This document shows, piece by piece, positions 1 through 9,057 of a stretch of 64,000 nt of DNA. The stretch lies in contig CAIMMI010000011.1 in NCBI GenBank assembly GCA_903842505.1, forward strand, positions 668-64,667, written 5' to 3'. Origin of the DNA: an uncultured Verrucomicrobiota bacterium. GTDB lineage: Bacteria > Verrucomicrobiota > Verrucomicrobiia > Limisphaerales > UBA9464. A model generated the notes under the pieces. The model made no database searches, was not told the origin of the DNA, and worked only from the letters and a program-made list of their open reading frames with translations. A program made the position numbers and the translations under genes. Position 1 is the stretch's first letter; every line of letters begins with the position of its first letter.

Positions 1-1
1 G

Positions 2-571
2 ATCATGGGGCCGTCGGGCTGCGGGAAATCGACACTGCTCAACGTCCTCGGCTGCCTCGACCGACCGACCTCCGGCCGCTACCTCCTCGGCGGCGACGAC
101 GTCTCCACCATCCCCGACGACGACCTCTCCTCCATCCGCGGCAAACGCCTCGGCTTCGTCTTCCAGTCCTACAACCTCATCCCGCCACTCACGGTCCTCG
201 AGAACATCGAGGTCCCGCTCTTTTACCAGAACACCCCGGAGGAAGAGGCTCGATCCATCGCCACGGAACTCGCCGGCCGCGTCGGTCTCGCCCATCGACT
301 GAACCACCGCCCCTTCGAGCTGTCCGGTGGCCAGCAACAGCGCGTGGCCATCGCCCGTGCCCTCGCCAACAATCCGCTCGTCCTCCTCGCCGACGAAGCC
401 ACAGGCAACCTCGATTCCGCCTCCGGCCGCGAAATCCTCTCCCTCTTCGACGACCTCCATTCCCAAGGCAAGACCCTGATCATGGTCACCCATGACCTCG
501 GCGTCGGCGAACGCGCCGCCCGCCTCATCCGCCTCCGCGACGGCGAACTCGAAAGCGATACCCGCCGATGA
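2..571 (+). CDS. ABC transporter ATP-binding protein (LolD/MacB-type), 5' truncated by window edge
   Basis: Walker A GPSGCGKST, FVFQSYNL, signature LSGGQQQRVAIARAL, LADEATGNLD, H-loop VTHD. Confidence 0.95.
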   Translation: MMGPSGCGKSTLLNVLGCLDRPTSGRYLLGGDDVSTIPDDDLSSIRGKRLGFVFQSYNLIPPLTVLENIEVPLFYQNTPEEEARSIATELAGRVGLAHRLNHRPFELSGGQQQRVAIARALANNPLVLLADEATGNLDSASGREILSLFDDLHSQGKTLIMVTHDLGVGERAARLIRLRDGELESDTRR

Positions 572-593
572 TCCCGCCCCCCTTCCCTTCCTC

Positions 594-719
594 CGTAGCC
601 GCCGACGTCAGGAGGCGGTCGCCATGCGTAGCCGCCGACGTGAGGAGGCGGTCCCTTTCCGTAGCTGCCGACGTGAGGAGGCGGTCCCTTTCCGTAGCTG
701 CCGACGTCAGGAGGCGGTC
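594..719 (+). repeat. Four tandem GTAG-type REP-like units, 33-bp period
   Basis: CGTAGC(C/T)GCCGACGT(C/G)AGGAGGCGGTC at 594, 627, 660 and 693, separated by 6-bp linkers; GTAG is followed by a CCGCC..GGCGG hairpin. Confidence 0.9.
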
Positions 720-758
720 CATGCCCTCGGGAACCCCGCACTCGGCCACTTCCCGCTG

Positions 759-2063
759 ATGCCCCTTCCCTCCTTCAGCTCCCGTTTCCGCCGCACGGTC
801 CAACTGGGCATCCGCAGCCTCTGGCTGCACCGGCTTCGATCCCTCCTCACCGTCCTCGGCATCGTCTTCGGCGTCTGCTCCGTCATCGCCATGCTCGCCA
901 TCGGCGAAGGCGCCTCCTGGGAAGCCCAACAGCAGATCAAGAACCTCGGATCCCAGAACATCCTCCTCAAGTCCGTCAAACCCGCCGAAGAGGAGAAGGT
1001 CTCCAACCGCCAGCAGAACAACTTCGCACTCGAGTACGGACTGAAGCAGGACGACATCCGCCGCATCCGCGACACGATTCCGGGCATCGAACTCGTCGTC
1101 CCGGCACGCGTCATCCGCGACTACGTCTGGAACATCACGCGGCGGGTGGATGCCGAAATCGTCGGCACGCTTCCCAACCATCCCGCCACCCGGAACCAGA
1201 ACGTCGCCCAGGGGCGGTTCTTCAACGACCTGGAGATGGACGCCGCGTCCCCCGTCTGCGTCCTCGGCCATGACGTCGCCCTCAAACTGTTCCCGGCTGA
1301 GGAACCGCTCGGACGCGACGTCCGCGTCGGCCTGAACTACTACCGGGTCATCGGCGTCATGGAACCCCGGGCGCGCAGCGCCGCCTCCGAGGCTTCCGTC
1401 GACGGACCCGCCGCCAATGCCGCTCTGGGACGAATTTTCATCCCCTTGGAAACGGCGCGCCGACGCTTCGGCGAGATCCTCTCCCGTCGCCGGGGCGGAA
1501 CCTACGAAGCCGAGAAGGTCGCCCTCCACGAGATCACCGTGCGTGTAAGCCGTCCCGAGACGGTCATCGCCATCTCCGAGGTCGTGAAGGACATCCTCGC
1601 CCGCCACCACACCCGAAAGGACTACGAGGTCGTCGTCCCCCTCGAACTCCTCCGCCGGGCTGAGCGGACGAAGCAGATCTTCAACCTCGTCCTGGGATCG
1701 ATCGCTGCCATCTCCCTCCTCGTCGGCGGAATCGGGATCATGAACATCATGCTCGCCAACGTCACCGAACGGACCCGTGAGATCGGCATCCGTCGCGCCC
1801 TCGGGGCCCGACGCAAGGACATCATCACGCAGTTCCTCGTCGAGAGCGTCCTGCTCTCCGGAGCCGGCGGATTGATCGGTGTCGCGCTCGGCATCGCCAT
1901 TCCCTTCGCCGTCTCCGCACTCGCCCACATGAAGGTCATCGTCACCCCGTGGTCCCCGATCGCCGCCTTCACCCTTTCCGCGCTCGTCGGCATCCTGTTT
2001 GGGATCTATCCCGCCCGCCGCGCCGCCGCTCTCGACCCGGTCGAGGCCTTGCGACATGAGTAG
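759..2063 (+). CDS. ABC transporter permease (MacB/FtsX family)
   Basis: RSLLTVLGIVFGV, ISLLVGGIGIMNIML..VTERTREIGIRRALGA, PARRAA.LDPVEALRHE; start placed after the repeats. Confidence 0.93.
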   Translation: MPLPSFSSRFRRTVQLGIRSLWLHRLRSLLTVLGIVFGVCSVIAMLAIGEGASWEAQQQIKNLGSQNILLKSVKPAEEEKVSNRQQNNFALEYGLKQDDIRRIRDTIPGIELVVPARVIRDYVWNITRRVDAEIVGTLPNHPATRNQNVAQGRFFNDLEMDAASPVCVLGHDVALKLFPAEEPLGRDVRVGLNYYRVIGVMEPRARSAASEASVDGPAANAALGRIFIPLETARRRFGEILSRRRGGTYEAEKVALHEITVRVSRPETVIAISEVVKDILARHHTRKDYEVVVPLELLRRAERTKQIFNLVLGSIAAISLLVGGIGIMNIMLANVTERTREIGIRRALGARRKDIITQFLVESVLLSGAGGLIGVALGIAIPFAVSALAHMKVIVTPWSPIAAFTLSALVGILFGIYPARRAAALDPVEALRHE

Positions 2064-2137
2064 CCCCACCCACGTTTTCTCCCGAAGCCGCGCTTGCCAG
2101 CGGGCCTTCGGCTTGGATACTTCCACGGCCGGCGAGC

Positions 2138-2227
2138 GGAAGGGTGGCTGAGTGGTTGAAGGCACCTGACTCGAAATCAGGCGTACGGGCAACCGTACCG
2201 GGGGTTCAAATCCCTCCCCTTCCGCCA
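2138..2227 (+). tRNA. tRNA-Ser (CGA)
   Basis: Acceptor stem GGAAGGG/CCCTTCC followed by GCCA, anticodon arm CCTGA-CTCGAAA-TCAGG, long variable arm, T-loop GGTTCAAATCC. Confidence 0.97.
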
Positions 2228-2288
2228 ATTTTTCTTCTGCTTGCCCAGCTGTTCCCCCAAGTCGGATCCTCCTCCACGCATCGATCCC

Positions 2289-2762
2289 ATGGGCTCCGTC
2301 CGTCCCATCCGCTTCGAACTCGGTCGACCCATGCTCTTCGCCGGCATCCGCCGATGGCACCCCCACGCTGGGGCTCCCATGTCGATCCCTGCGCAATGGG
2401 CAGATTTCCGCAATAGCCCCGGACTCCGCGACAAGCCCGAAGACTCCTTCGCCTACGGCATCCTCTGCGCCGCCAGGCCGGGCGAGTTCGAGTACATGAC
2501 CGCCGTTGAGGTCCCCTCGTTCGATGGACTTGAAACCCGGACTGGCCGAATGCGCCTTCCTCCCCTGAACTTCGCTGTTTTCCAGCACGACGGCGCCATT
2601 GCTGAAATCCACCGAACCTGGAAGGCCATCTGGGAGGACTGGATGCCAACCTCCGGCATGAAGCCGGTGCACGCCCCGGAGTTCGAGCGATACGACCACC
2701 GATTCAATCCTCTCACCCGGGATGGCGTGGTCGAGATCTGGAGCCCGGTCGCCGCCGAGTGA
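2289..2762 (+). CDS. GyrI-like small-molecule-binding domain protein
   Basis: FEYMTAVEV, FAVFQHDG, IWEDWMPTSG, PEFERYD, VEIW.PV. Confidence 0.85.
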   Translation: MGSVRPIRFELGRPMLFAGIRRWHPHAGAPMSIPAQWADFRNSPGLRDKPEDSFAYGILCAARPGEFEYMTAVEVPSFDGLETRTGRMRLPPLNFAVFQHDGAIAEIHRTWKAIWEDWMPTSGMKPVHAPEFERYDHRFNPLTRDGVVEIWSPVAAE

Positions 2763-2852
2763 TCCAAAGGCCCCCCGCCCACCCCGGGCTTCACCCCATG
2801 GTTGGGGTCAAAGACAGCCGCTCCAATGGCAGCCAAACCGCGAAGGGTTGCC

Positions 2853-3977
2853 ATGGAACGAATCAATCCTGCATGCCAACTGGGGAAGCTTCTGGAATGG
2901 TGCCGAAACGAGTCGGCTACCGATATCCATGGCCACGCCGAACACGCTTTCACCTTCCGGCGCGACGGGCGGCTTACCCGGATTCCAGCGGAATCCTTCC
3001 CGGTCCCCAGCGACCACGACCTCGTCACCCGACTCCGCGAAGCCTTTTCCAGGGCGGTCTGCGAACGGATCGAGCACGAGGCCGAGATGGACCTCAGCTT
3101 CCTTTGCGGGCAGTTGAGATACCGCGCCAACTTCAGCAAGCAACAGGGCACCCAGTCGTTCTCATTCCGGGTTGTATCCCAGTCCATTCCCAACCTCGCC
3201 AACCTCCAACTGCCTCCGTCGCTCGCAAACCTGATCTCAGAACCCAGAGGGCTCGTGCTGGTCACAGGCGCGTCCGGGCAGGGCAAGAGCACGACCGCCT
3301 GCGCCTTCCTCCAACAACTCAACACCACCCGGGATCTGCGGATCGTGACCATTGAGGACCCGATCGAGTACGTCTTCGTTGGAGACCGATGCGAATTCGA
3401 GCAACGCGAAGTGGGCGTCGACACCGCCACCTTCGCCGGAGCGATCCGGAACGCAGTCCGTCAGGACCCGGAGATCATCTTCATCGGTGAGATCCGCGAC
3501 CACGACACCGCTCAGGCAACCCTGCAGGCTGCCGAAACCGGCCATCTCGTGCTGGCAACCCTGCACGCCGATTCCGCGGCTCAGACGCTGGACCGAATCC
3601 GGGAACTGCATCCAGCCGCTGAAAAATCCAACGCCAGCACCCTCCTCGCACGGTGCCTCAACGCCATCACTTGCCAGCGTCTCTTGCCTGGCACCGATGG
3701 CCGGCGGCTCCCGTGCGTGGAAATCCTCCGTCGGAACGCAGCCACCCAGGACGCCATTGCCCGGAACGACCTCCAACTGCTCACCCGCATCATCGAAGCG
3801 TGCACCCAGGAGGGAATGCAGACTTTCGACCAACACCTGATCCAGCTTCTCCGAAGCCAGCAGGTCACCGAGGACACTGCCCGTCACTACGCGAACAACT
3901 GGAACCGCCTCGAGATGGAACTGCACGGATTCGTATCCTCCCAGCCAGGAATCCTGAAACCGGACCCAGACCGCTGA
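2853..3977 (+). CDS. PilT/PilU-family type IV pilus ATPase
   Basis: GASGQGKST, TIEDPIE, QREVG.DT, DPEIIFIGEIRD, AETGHLVLATLH, GMQTFDQ; start uncertain. Confidence 0.9.
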   Translation: MERINPACQLGKLLEWCRNESATDIHGHAEHAFTFRRDGRLTRIPAESFPVPSDHDLVTRLREAFSRAVCERIEHEAEMDLSFLCGQLRYRANFSKQQGTQSFSFRVVSQSIPNLANLQLPPSLANLISEPRGLVLVTGASGQGKSTTACAFLQQLNTTRDLRIVTIEDPIEYVFVGDRCEFEQREVGVDTATFAGAIRNAVRQDPEIIFIGEIRDHDTAQATLQAAETGHLVLATLHADSAAQTLDRIRELHPAAEKSNASTLLARCLNAITCQRLLPGTDGRRLPCVEILRRNAATQDAIARNDLQLLTRIIEACTQEGMQTFDQHLIQLLRSQQVTEDTARHYANNWNRLEMELHGFVSSQPGILKPDPDR

Positions 3978-4050
3978 CTCGAGGTCTGGCCCCTCCCCGT
4001 CCCGGTCGCTAGGGTACCAGATCCGCACGGGCTGTGCGGCGGGCCCACGC

Positions 4051-6087
4051 ATGCACAACTCCACCTTCCTCCAGGACCTCGCGATCGTGATGATCGTCGC
4101 AGGCTTGGTCACACTGTTGTTCCACCGTCTCAAACAACCGGTGGTCCTCGGATACATTCTCGCCGGAGTCATCATCGGCCCGCACACGCCCCCCTACGCC
4201 CTGATCCGGGATCAGCACACCATCGAGACCCTCTCCGAACTCGGGATCATCCTCCTCATGTTCTCGTTGGGGCTGGAATTCAACCTCCGGAAGCTGAAGG
4301 CCGTCGGGCTAACGGCCCTGATCGGCGCCCTTCTCGAGATCGTCCTGATGGCCGCCGTCGGATACCAACTCGGCCGGTGGTTCAATTGGTCCCACATGGA
4401 CAGCCTGTTCCTGGGGGCCATGCTTTCCATCTCCTCGACCACCATCATCGTCAAGGTCCTCGCAGAACTCGGCCTGACCAAGGAACGCTTCGCCGGGTTG
4501 ATCTTCGGAATCCTCATCATCGAGGACATCCTCGCCATCCTCATGATCGCCCTGCTCTCCGGCATCGCCATGACCGGAAGCCTGAGCGTCCGCGATGTCG
4601 GTGCCACCCTGGGCAATCTCTCGATCTTCCTCGTCACCACCCTCGTCCTCGGCCTGATTGCCGTTCCCCGACTCCTCGCCTACGTCGGCCGATTCAAGAG
4701 CGACGAAATGCTCCTCGTCACCGTCCTCGGGCTCTGTTTCGGGTTTTCCCTGCTGGCCATGAAGCTCGGATACAGCGTCGCCCTCGGCGCGTTCGTCATC
4801 GGCGCGGTCATCTCGGAGGCACGCGAGATCGGACGGATCGAACACCTCATCCAACCGGTCCGGGACATGTTCAGCGCCGTGTTCTTCGTGGCCATCGGGC
4901 TGCTCATCGATCCGCGCCTGCTGGTCCAGTACGCCGTCCCCATCGCAGCCATTTCCCTGGCCGTGGTCCTCGGAAAGGTCCTGACCTGTTCCTTCGGGAC
5001 CTTTGTTACCGGAAACGACACGCGAACTTCGCTGAGGGTCGGAATGGGTCTCGCCCAGATCGGTGAGTTCTCCTTCATCATCGCGTCGCTGGGCCTGTCG
5101 TTGAAGGTCACCAGCAGTTTCCTCTACCCGATCGCTGTCGCCGTCTCCGTGGTCACAACGCTCTGCACCCCGTACCTGATCCGGAGCGCCGATGGCCTCG
5201 CGGGAGCCTTCGACCGCTCCGCTCCGCCCTCCCTCCTTGCCTATCTGAACATCTACACCCAGTGGATCGGGCAACTGGGGTCCCGCCGGAAGGCCGGCAT
5301 GGCAGCCCGCCTGGTGCGGAAGTGGACGGTCCAGATGCTGCTGAACCTCGCCTTGATCGCAGCCCTCTTCATCGCGGCAGCCTTCGTGGGCCAGCGGCAG
5401 TTCGCCTGGCTCCCTGCCTTCCTGAAGGAGCAGGCCGCCTACCACGCGGTGATCTGGATGGGCGCCATTGTCCTCGCCCTTCCCCTCTTCATCGCCACCT
5501 TCCGGAAGCTTCAAGCCCTCGGACTCCTCATCGCCGAACTGAGTGTCCGTCCGTCGCTTGCCGGACCTAACGCGGACGCCATCCAGACCGTCATCTCCCA
5601 CGCCATCCCCATCGCCGGCCTCATTGGCCTCATCGTGTTCGGACTGGCCCTCAGCTCCACCTTGCTGCCCCCTTTCGAGATCCTCGCCGTCCTGCTGGTC
5701 GTCGTCGCCCTGCTGACGGTCCTCCTCTGGAAGTCCTCGATCCGGCTCTACTCCCAGGCTCAGGTCGCCCTCCAGGAGACCCTCGACGCCAAGCCTATCC
5801 TCCGCGCACCGACCCCAGCCACCCTTCCGATCCTGTCCGAAGCCAACCTTCGCCGGGTTCCAATCCTGGCTACCTCCCCGGCTGCGGGGAGACTCATCCG
5901 CGAGATCGCCCTCCGGGGACGCACCGGAACGAGCATCGTGGGCATCGACCGAGGAAACCAATCCGTGATCAATCCGGGACCGGACGAGGAAATCATCGAG
6001 GGAGACCTCGTCCTGATCCTGGGCACCCCCGCCCAACTCGATGCCGCTGCCGCCGCTCTGGGATTGTCCCCGGAAAGCGCCTCGTGA
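4051..6087 (+). CDS. Cation:proton antiporter (CPA2) with C-terminal TrkA-C domain
   Basis: QPVVLGYILAG, ISSTTII.K, ILIIEDI, LAQIGEFSFII, C-terminal NPGPDEEI..GD. Confidence 0.92.
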   Translation: MHNSTFLQDLAIVMIVAGLVTLLFHRLKQPVVLGYILAGVIIGPHTPPYALIRDQHTIETLSELGIILLMFSLGLEFNLRKLKAVGLTALIGALLEIVLMAAVGYQLGRWFNWSHMDSLFLGAMLSISSTTIIVKVLAELGLTKERFAGLIFGILIIEDILAILMIALLSGIAMTGSLSVRDVGATLGNLSIFLVTTLVLGLIAVPRLLAYVGRFKSDEMLLVTVLGLCFGFSLLAMKLGYSVALGAFVIGAVISEAREIGRIEHLIQPVRDMFSAVFFVAIGLLIDPRLLVQYAVPIAAISLAVVLGKVLTCSFGTFVTGNDTRTSLRVGMGLAQIGEFSFIIASLGLSLKVTSSFLYPIAVAVSVVTTLCTPYLIRSADGLAGAFDRSAPPSLLAYLNIYTQWIGQLGSRRKAGMAARLVRKWTVQMLLNLALIAALFIAAAFVGQRQFAWLPAFLKEQAAYHAVIWMGAIVLALPLFIATFRKLQALGLLIAELSVRPSLAGPNADAIQTVISHAIPIAGLIGLIVFGLALSSTLLPPFEILAVLLVVVALLTVLLWKSSIRLYSQAQVALQETLDAKPILRAPTPATLPILSEANLRRVPILATSPAAGRLIREIALRGRTGTSIVGIDRGNQSVINPGPDEEIIEGDLVLILGTPAQLDAAAAALGLSPESAS

Positions 6088-6187
6088 CCGACCCACCGTC
6101 GACCCGATCCCGAATCGCTGGAAAAATGACATTGCTGCATCCCGGGCGAACGCCTAGCTTGGCAGGCCGATTTGGAGTGACTTGGGA

Positions 6188-6406
6188 ATGAACTCGGAAC
6201 TGACGAAGAAAGCCTTGGAGAAGGTGGGTAACCCCCACATTCTCGTGAACCTGATCTCCCGCCGGGTGCGGCAACTCAATGGTGGTGGTGGCTTCAGCCG
6301 CCCCTTGGTTGAGGCTGCCCCGGGGATGGGACTGGCGGACATCGCCCTCCTTGAGATCATCGAAGACAAGATTGGTTGGGATGTGAAGGACCCCGAGGTG
6401 CTGTAA
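6188..6406 (+). CDS. rpoZ: RNA polymerase omega subunit
   Basis: ALEKVGNPHILVNLISRRVRQL ... DIALLEI.E.KI. Confidence 0.88.
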   Translation: MNSELTKKALEKVGNPHILVNLISRRVRQLNGGGGFSRPLVEAAPGMGLADIALLEIIEDKIGWDVKDPEVL

Positions 6407-6449
6407 TCCCGGGTACCGGACCTTGTCCGGAAAACGAATCCTGACAGAC

Positions 6450-6480
6450 AGCCGGGGACTGCGTCTCCGGCTTCTTTTTT
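6450..6480 (+). terminator. Intrinsic terminator-like hairpin between rpoZ and smpB
   Basis: AGCCGGGGAC-TGC-GTCTCCGGCT followed by TCTTTTTT. Confidence 0.65.
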
Positions 6481-6936
6481 GTGTCCGACATCCTCCAGAA
6501 CGCCAAAGCCCGTCGCGACTATCAGGTCGTGGAGACGATGGAAGCCGGCTTGGTGCTGCGCGGCACCGAGGTCAAATCGCTGAGGGCGGGGCGTGGCCAG
6601 ATCACCGAGTCCTTCGCCCGGATCGAGAAGGGGCAAGCCTGGTTGTACAACGCCCATATCGACGAGTACTCGCACGGGAACGTCTACAACCACATCCCCA
6701 AGACCCCTCGACGACTGCTCCTGAACAAGTCCGAGATCCGTCGCCTGGAGTCCCTCTCGAACGTCAAAGGGCACGCCCTTGTTCCCCTCGCCTTCTACTG
6801 GAAGGGCAACCGGGTCAAGGTCCGCCTCGCCGTCGGAAAGGGCAAAGACTTCGAAGACAAGCGCGAAGACCTCAAGAAGCGCGAGGCTGACCGGGAAATC
6901 AAACGGGCAATCGCGCACCGCAGCAAGGGTCGTTGA
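6481..6936 (+). CDS. smpB: SsrA-binding protein
   Basis: N.KARRDY, EAGLVLRGTEVKSLR, RRLLL.KSEI, GKGK..DKRE; GTG start. Confidence 0.97.
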   Translation: MSDILQNAKARRDYQVVETMEAGLVLRGTEVKSLRAGRGQITESFARIEKGQAWLYNAHIDEYSHGNVYNHIPKTPRRLLLNKSEIRRLESLSNVKGHALVPLAFYWKGNRVKVRLAVGKGKDFEDKREDLKKREADREIKRAIAHRSKGR

Positions 6937-7032
6937 GCTTCAAGCTCCGTCGATTCCACCGTCCGAATCTGCCACCCCACCGACCGCCCCGAAACCAGTC
7001 AGTCCGGGGCATCGACTGCAGTCACCCAAATC

Positions 7033-7065
7033 GAAAAGGCCGCCCGGTTTGGCGGGCGGCCTTTC
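7033..7065 (-). terminator. Intrinsic terminator for rpmB (possibly bidirectional)
   Basis: AAAAGGCCGCCCG-gtttgg-CGGGCGGCCTTT between convergent smpB and rpmB. Confidence 0.75.
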
Positions 7066-7124
7066 GTGGTTCCACTTCAGGGAACCAAGTCAGTTGGTTT
7101 GGTTGGAATACCGGGCGCTACCAA

Positions 7125-7394
7125 TTACTTGGCAACGGCGGCGTCCTTCTTCCACGTGCGGGGCGGGGCCTTGACGACCAAACCCTTCTTGAGCGCAGAG
7201 GCGGCGACACGAATGTAGCGAACCTCGCCCGACGGGAGCAGGACCTTCACCCGCTGCAGGTTCGGAAAGAACCGCCGCTTGGTGATGGCCGTCACGTGCG
7301 TGCCGATGCCGCCCTTCTTCTTCGCCTTACCCGAACGCCAGATGTGATTGCCCTTGATGGGGCGCTTACCGGTCACGCTGCAAATCCGAGACAT
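7125..7394 (-). CDS. rpmB: 50S ribosomal protein L28
   Basis: MSRICSVTGKRP..GN, TKRRFFPNLQ. Confidence 0.96.
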   Translation of the reverse strand: MSRICSVTGKRPIKGNHIWRSGKAKKKGGIGTHVTAITKRRFFPNLQRVKVLLPSGEVRYIRVAASALKKGLVVKAPPRTWKKDAAVAK

Positions 7395-7672
7395 AATTCA
7401 GAGCCTTCTTTCGAAAAGGAGCGCAGTGGGTACCAGTCGCAGCCGCTGTCAGCAAGAGATAATTTATGAACACCCAAATCCATCACCCCTGCCCCCTCGC
7501 CAGACCCGCCGTCGCAATCAACCGTGTTTGGGCTTGCCCACCCGTAATCCAATCCAATCCTGCAGGGATGTCTGCACCACCCACCCTCGCCTGTCCTCAT
7601 CAGGACCCGGAATGGATCACCGGGAGGTCAGGCACCCGCCAATCCGCAGGGCAACCCTGAACGACTGGCGCA

Positions 7673-7981
7673 ATGACACTTCTCAACAAGGCTTTGGCCG
7701 CCATCTGCTTCTTCTCGCCCCCGCTTCTGGCCGAGAGCCTTGCGCCATTCTACCTCATCGAACCAATCCTCAACGACGGCGTTCTCCTCCACTTCGACAC
7801 GGCCCCGTTCCGGCGATACCAACTCCAGGCCACCACCAACCTGTTTGTCGCGCCGCCCGCAAAGGTGACTTGGGTAACCCTCTACACGGTTCCCCCGGTC
7901 CCATTCCAGAACCACTACATCGTCCTCGATTCACGGACCAACGCCCCCTCCAAATGCTACCGCATCGTCGTCTCGCCATGA
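7673..7981 (+). CDS. Small secreted hypothetical protein resembling a stand-alone verrucomicrobial C-terminal domain
   Basis: Signal peptide; YQLQATTNL...W...D......CYRI pattern; ATGA overlap with next gene. Confidence 0.7.
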   Translation: MTLLNKALAAICFFSPPLLAESLAPFYLIEPILNDGVLLHFDTAPFRRYQLQATTNLFVAPPAKVTWVTLYTVPPVPFQNHYIVLDSRTNAPSKCYRIVVSP

Positions 7982-9006
7982 TCCCCCTCCGATGTGTGTC
8001 GCCCAATCTCGGACTGGTCTCGCTCGCGCTGCTTTCCTCAGGGATCCCATTGGTCGAGGCCTGCGACCTCTGCGCCATTTATCGGGCTGCCGACGCCAAG
8101 GGTGAGTACTCATCCGGCTTCAACGTCAGCATCGCCGAACAGTTCATCCCGTACCGCACCGAGCAGTTCAACGGCGTCACCTTCAAACGACCGGATCCGG
8201 AGTATCTGGATCGTTCCATGACGCACGTGGTGCTGGGATGGAATGCGACGGAGACCCTGGGCTTCAGCGCGAACCTCCCGATCGTGCACCTGCGATACCA
8301 GTTCACCCAGGTGGAGGACGGGTTCACCCCGGAACCGATCCGGGGTACGGATACCGGACTCGGCGACCTCGCGTTCGTCGGCCGCTGGCAGGCGATCAAC
8401 AAATCAACTGCCGATGCTGGGTTCGTGCTGAACGTCCTTGGCGGAGTAAAGCTCCCAACCGGTGAATCCAGCGCTCTGGATCGGCAAGAATCCTCCATTG
8501 ACCGATACGAGGGCATCGTGGGCCCGGGGCACAACCACGATTCGCTGGGGCAGGTCTTGTCGGGCATTCACCTGCACGACCTGGCACTGGGCAGCGGGTC
8601 GGTGGACGGCGTCTTCGGTCTGGCTGGGCAGGTCCGTTGGAAGCGGATCTTCCTCAATCACCAGTGGCAGTACTACCTGCGGACCGAAGGCGCTGGCAAC
8701 TACCGGTTCGCCAACGAATTCATCGCGTCAGGCGGCCCGGGCGGGTTCCTTTGGCTGAACAAGTCCGGTTCGCTGAGCCTCCAGTTCAACACGGTCTATG
8801 ACACCCGCGGCGCCGATGAATTCCGAGGCAGGGCATCGGTGCACACCGGGATGACCGCTTGGTATGCGGGACCCCAGGTCGTCCTCACGCTGGGCGGAAA
8901 CTTCTCGGCGGTTGCGAGCGTCGACATCCCCATCCGGATAGCCGCGCGCGGTTTCCAAAACGTTCCCGACTACCGCCTCAACGGGTCCATCAACTGGCGA
9001 TTCTGA
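7978..9006 (+). CDS. Outer-membrane beta-barrel transporter-like protein (MetA-pathway/SphA-like) with N-terminal CxxC
   Basis: Signal peptide then ACDLCAIY, GLGD, GVKLPTG, LGSGSVD, terminal aromatic WRF. Confidence 0.75.
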   Translation: MIPLRCVSPNLGLVSLALLSSGIPLVEACDLCAIYRAADAKGEYSSGFNVSIAEQFIPYRTEQFNGVTFKRPDPEYLDRSMTHVVLGWNATETLGFSANLPIVHLRYQFTQVEDGFTPEPIRGTDTGLGDLAFVGRWQAINKSTADAGFVLNVLGGVKLPTGESSALDRQESSIDRYEGIVGPGHNHDSLGQVLSGIHLHDLALGSGSVDGVFGLAGQVRWKRIFLNHQWQYYLRTEGAGNYRFANEFIASGGPGGFLWLNKSGSLSLQFNTVYDTRGADEFRGRASVHTGMTAWYAGPQVVLTLGGNFSAVASVDIPIRIAARGFQNVPDYRLNGSINWRF

Positions 9007-9057
9007 AGCAGCCCGGAACCACCCAAGAACACTCCACTTTCAACCAAATCAATCCGC

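Noticed and set aside
594-719. Possible CRISPR array
   Set aside because: Linkers are only 6 bp and partly identical, and there are no cas genes; fits a REP tandem
492-758. N-terminal extension of the permease ORF
   Set aside because: It overlaps the ATPase gene and merely translates the 33-bp repeats
2138-4000. Genomic island integrated at tRNA-Ser
   Set aside because: No integrase, and I saw no duplicated tRNA 3' end in the window
7348-7977. Long 5' extension of the beta-barrel ORF and small ORF 7466-7660
   Set aside because: The signal peptide begins at 7978 and the extension overlaps other genes; the small ORF has no recognisable features
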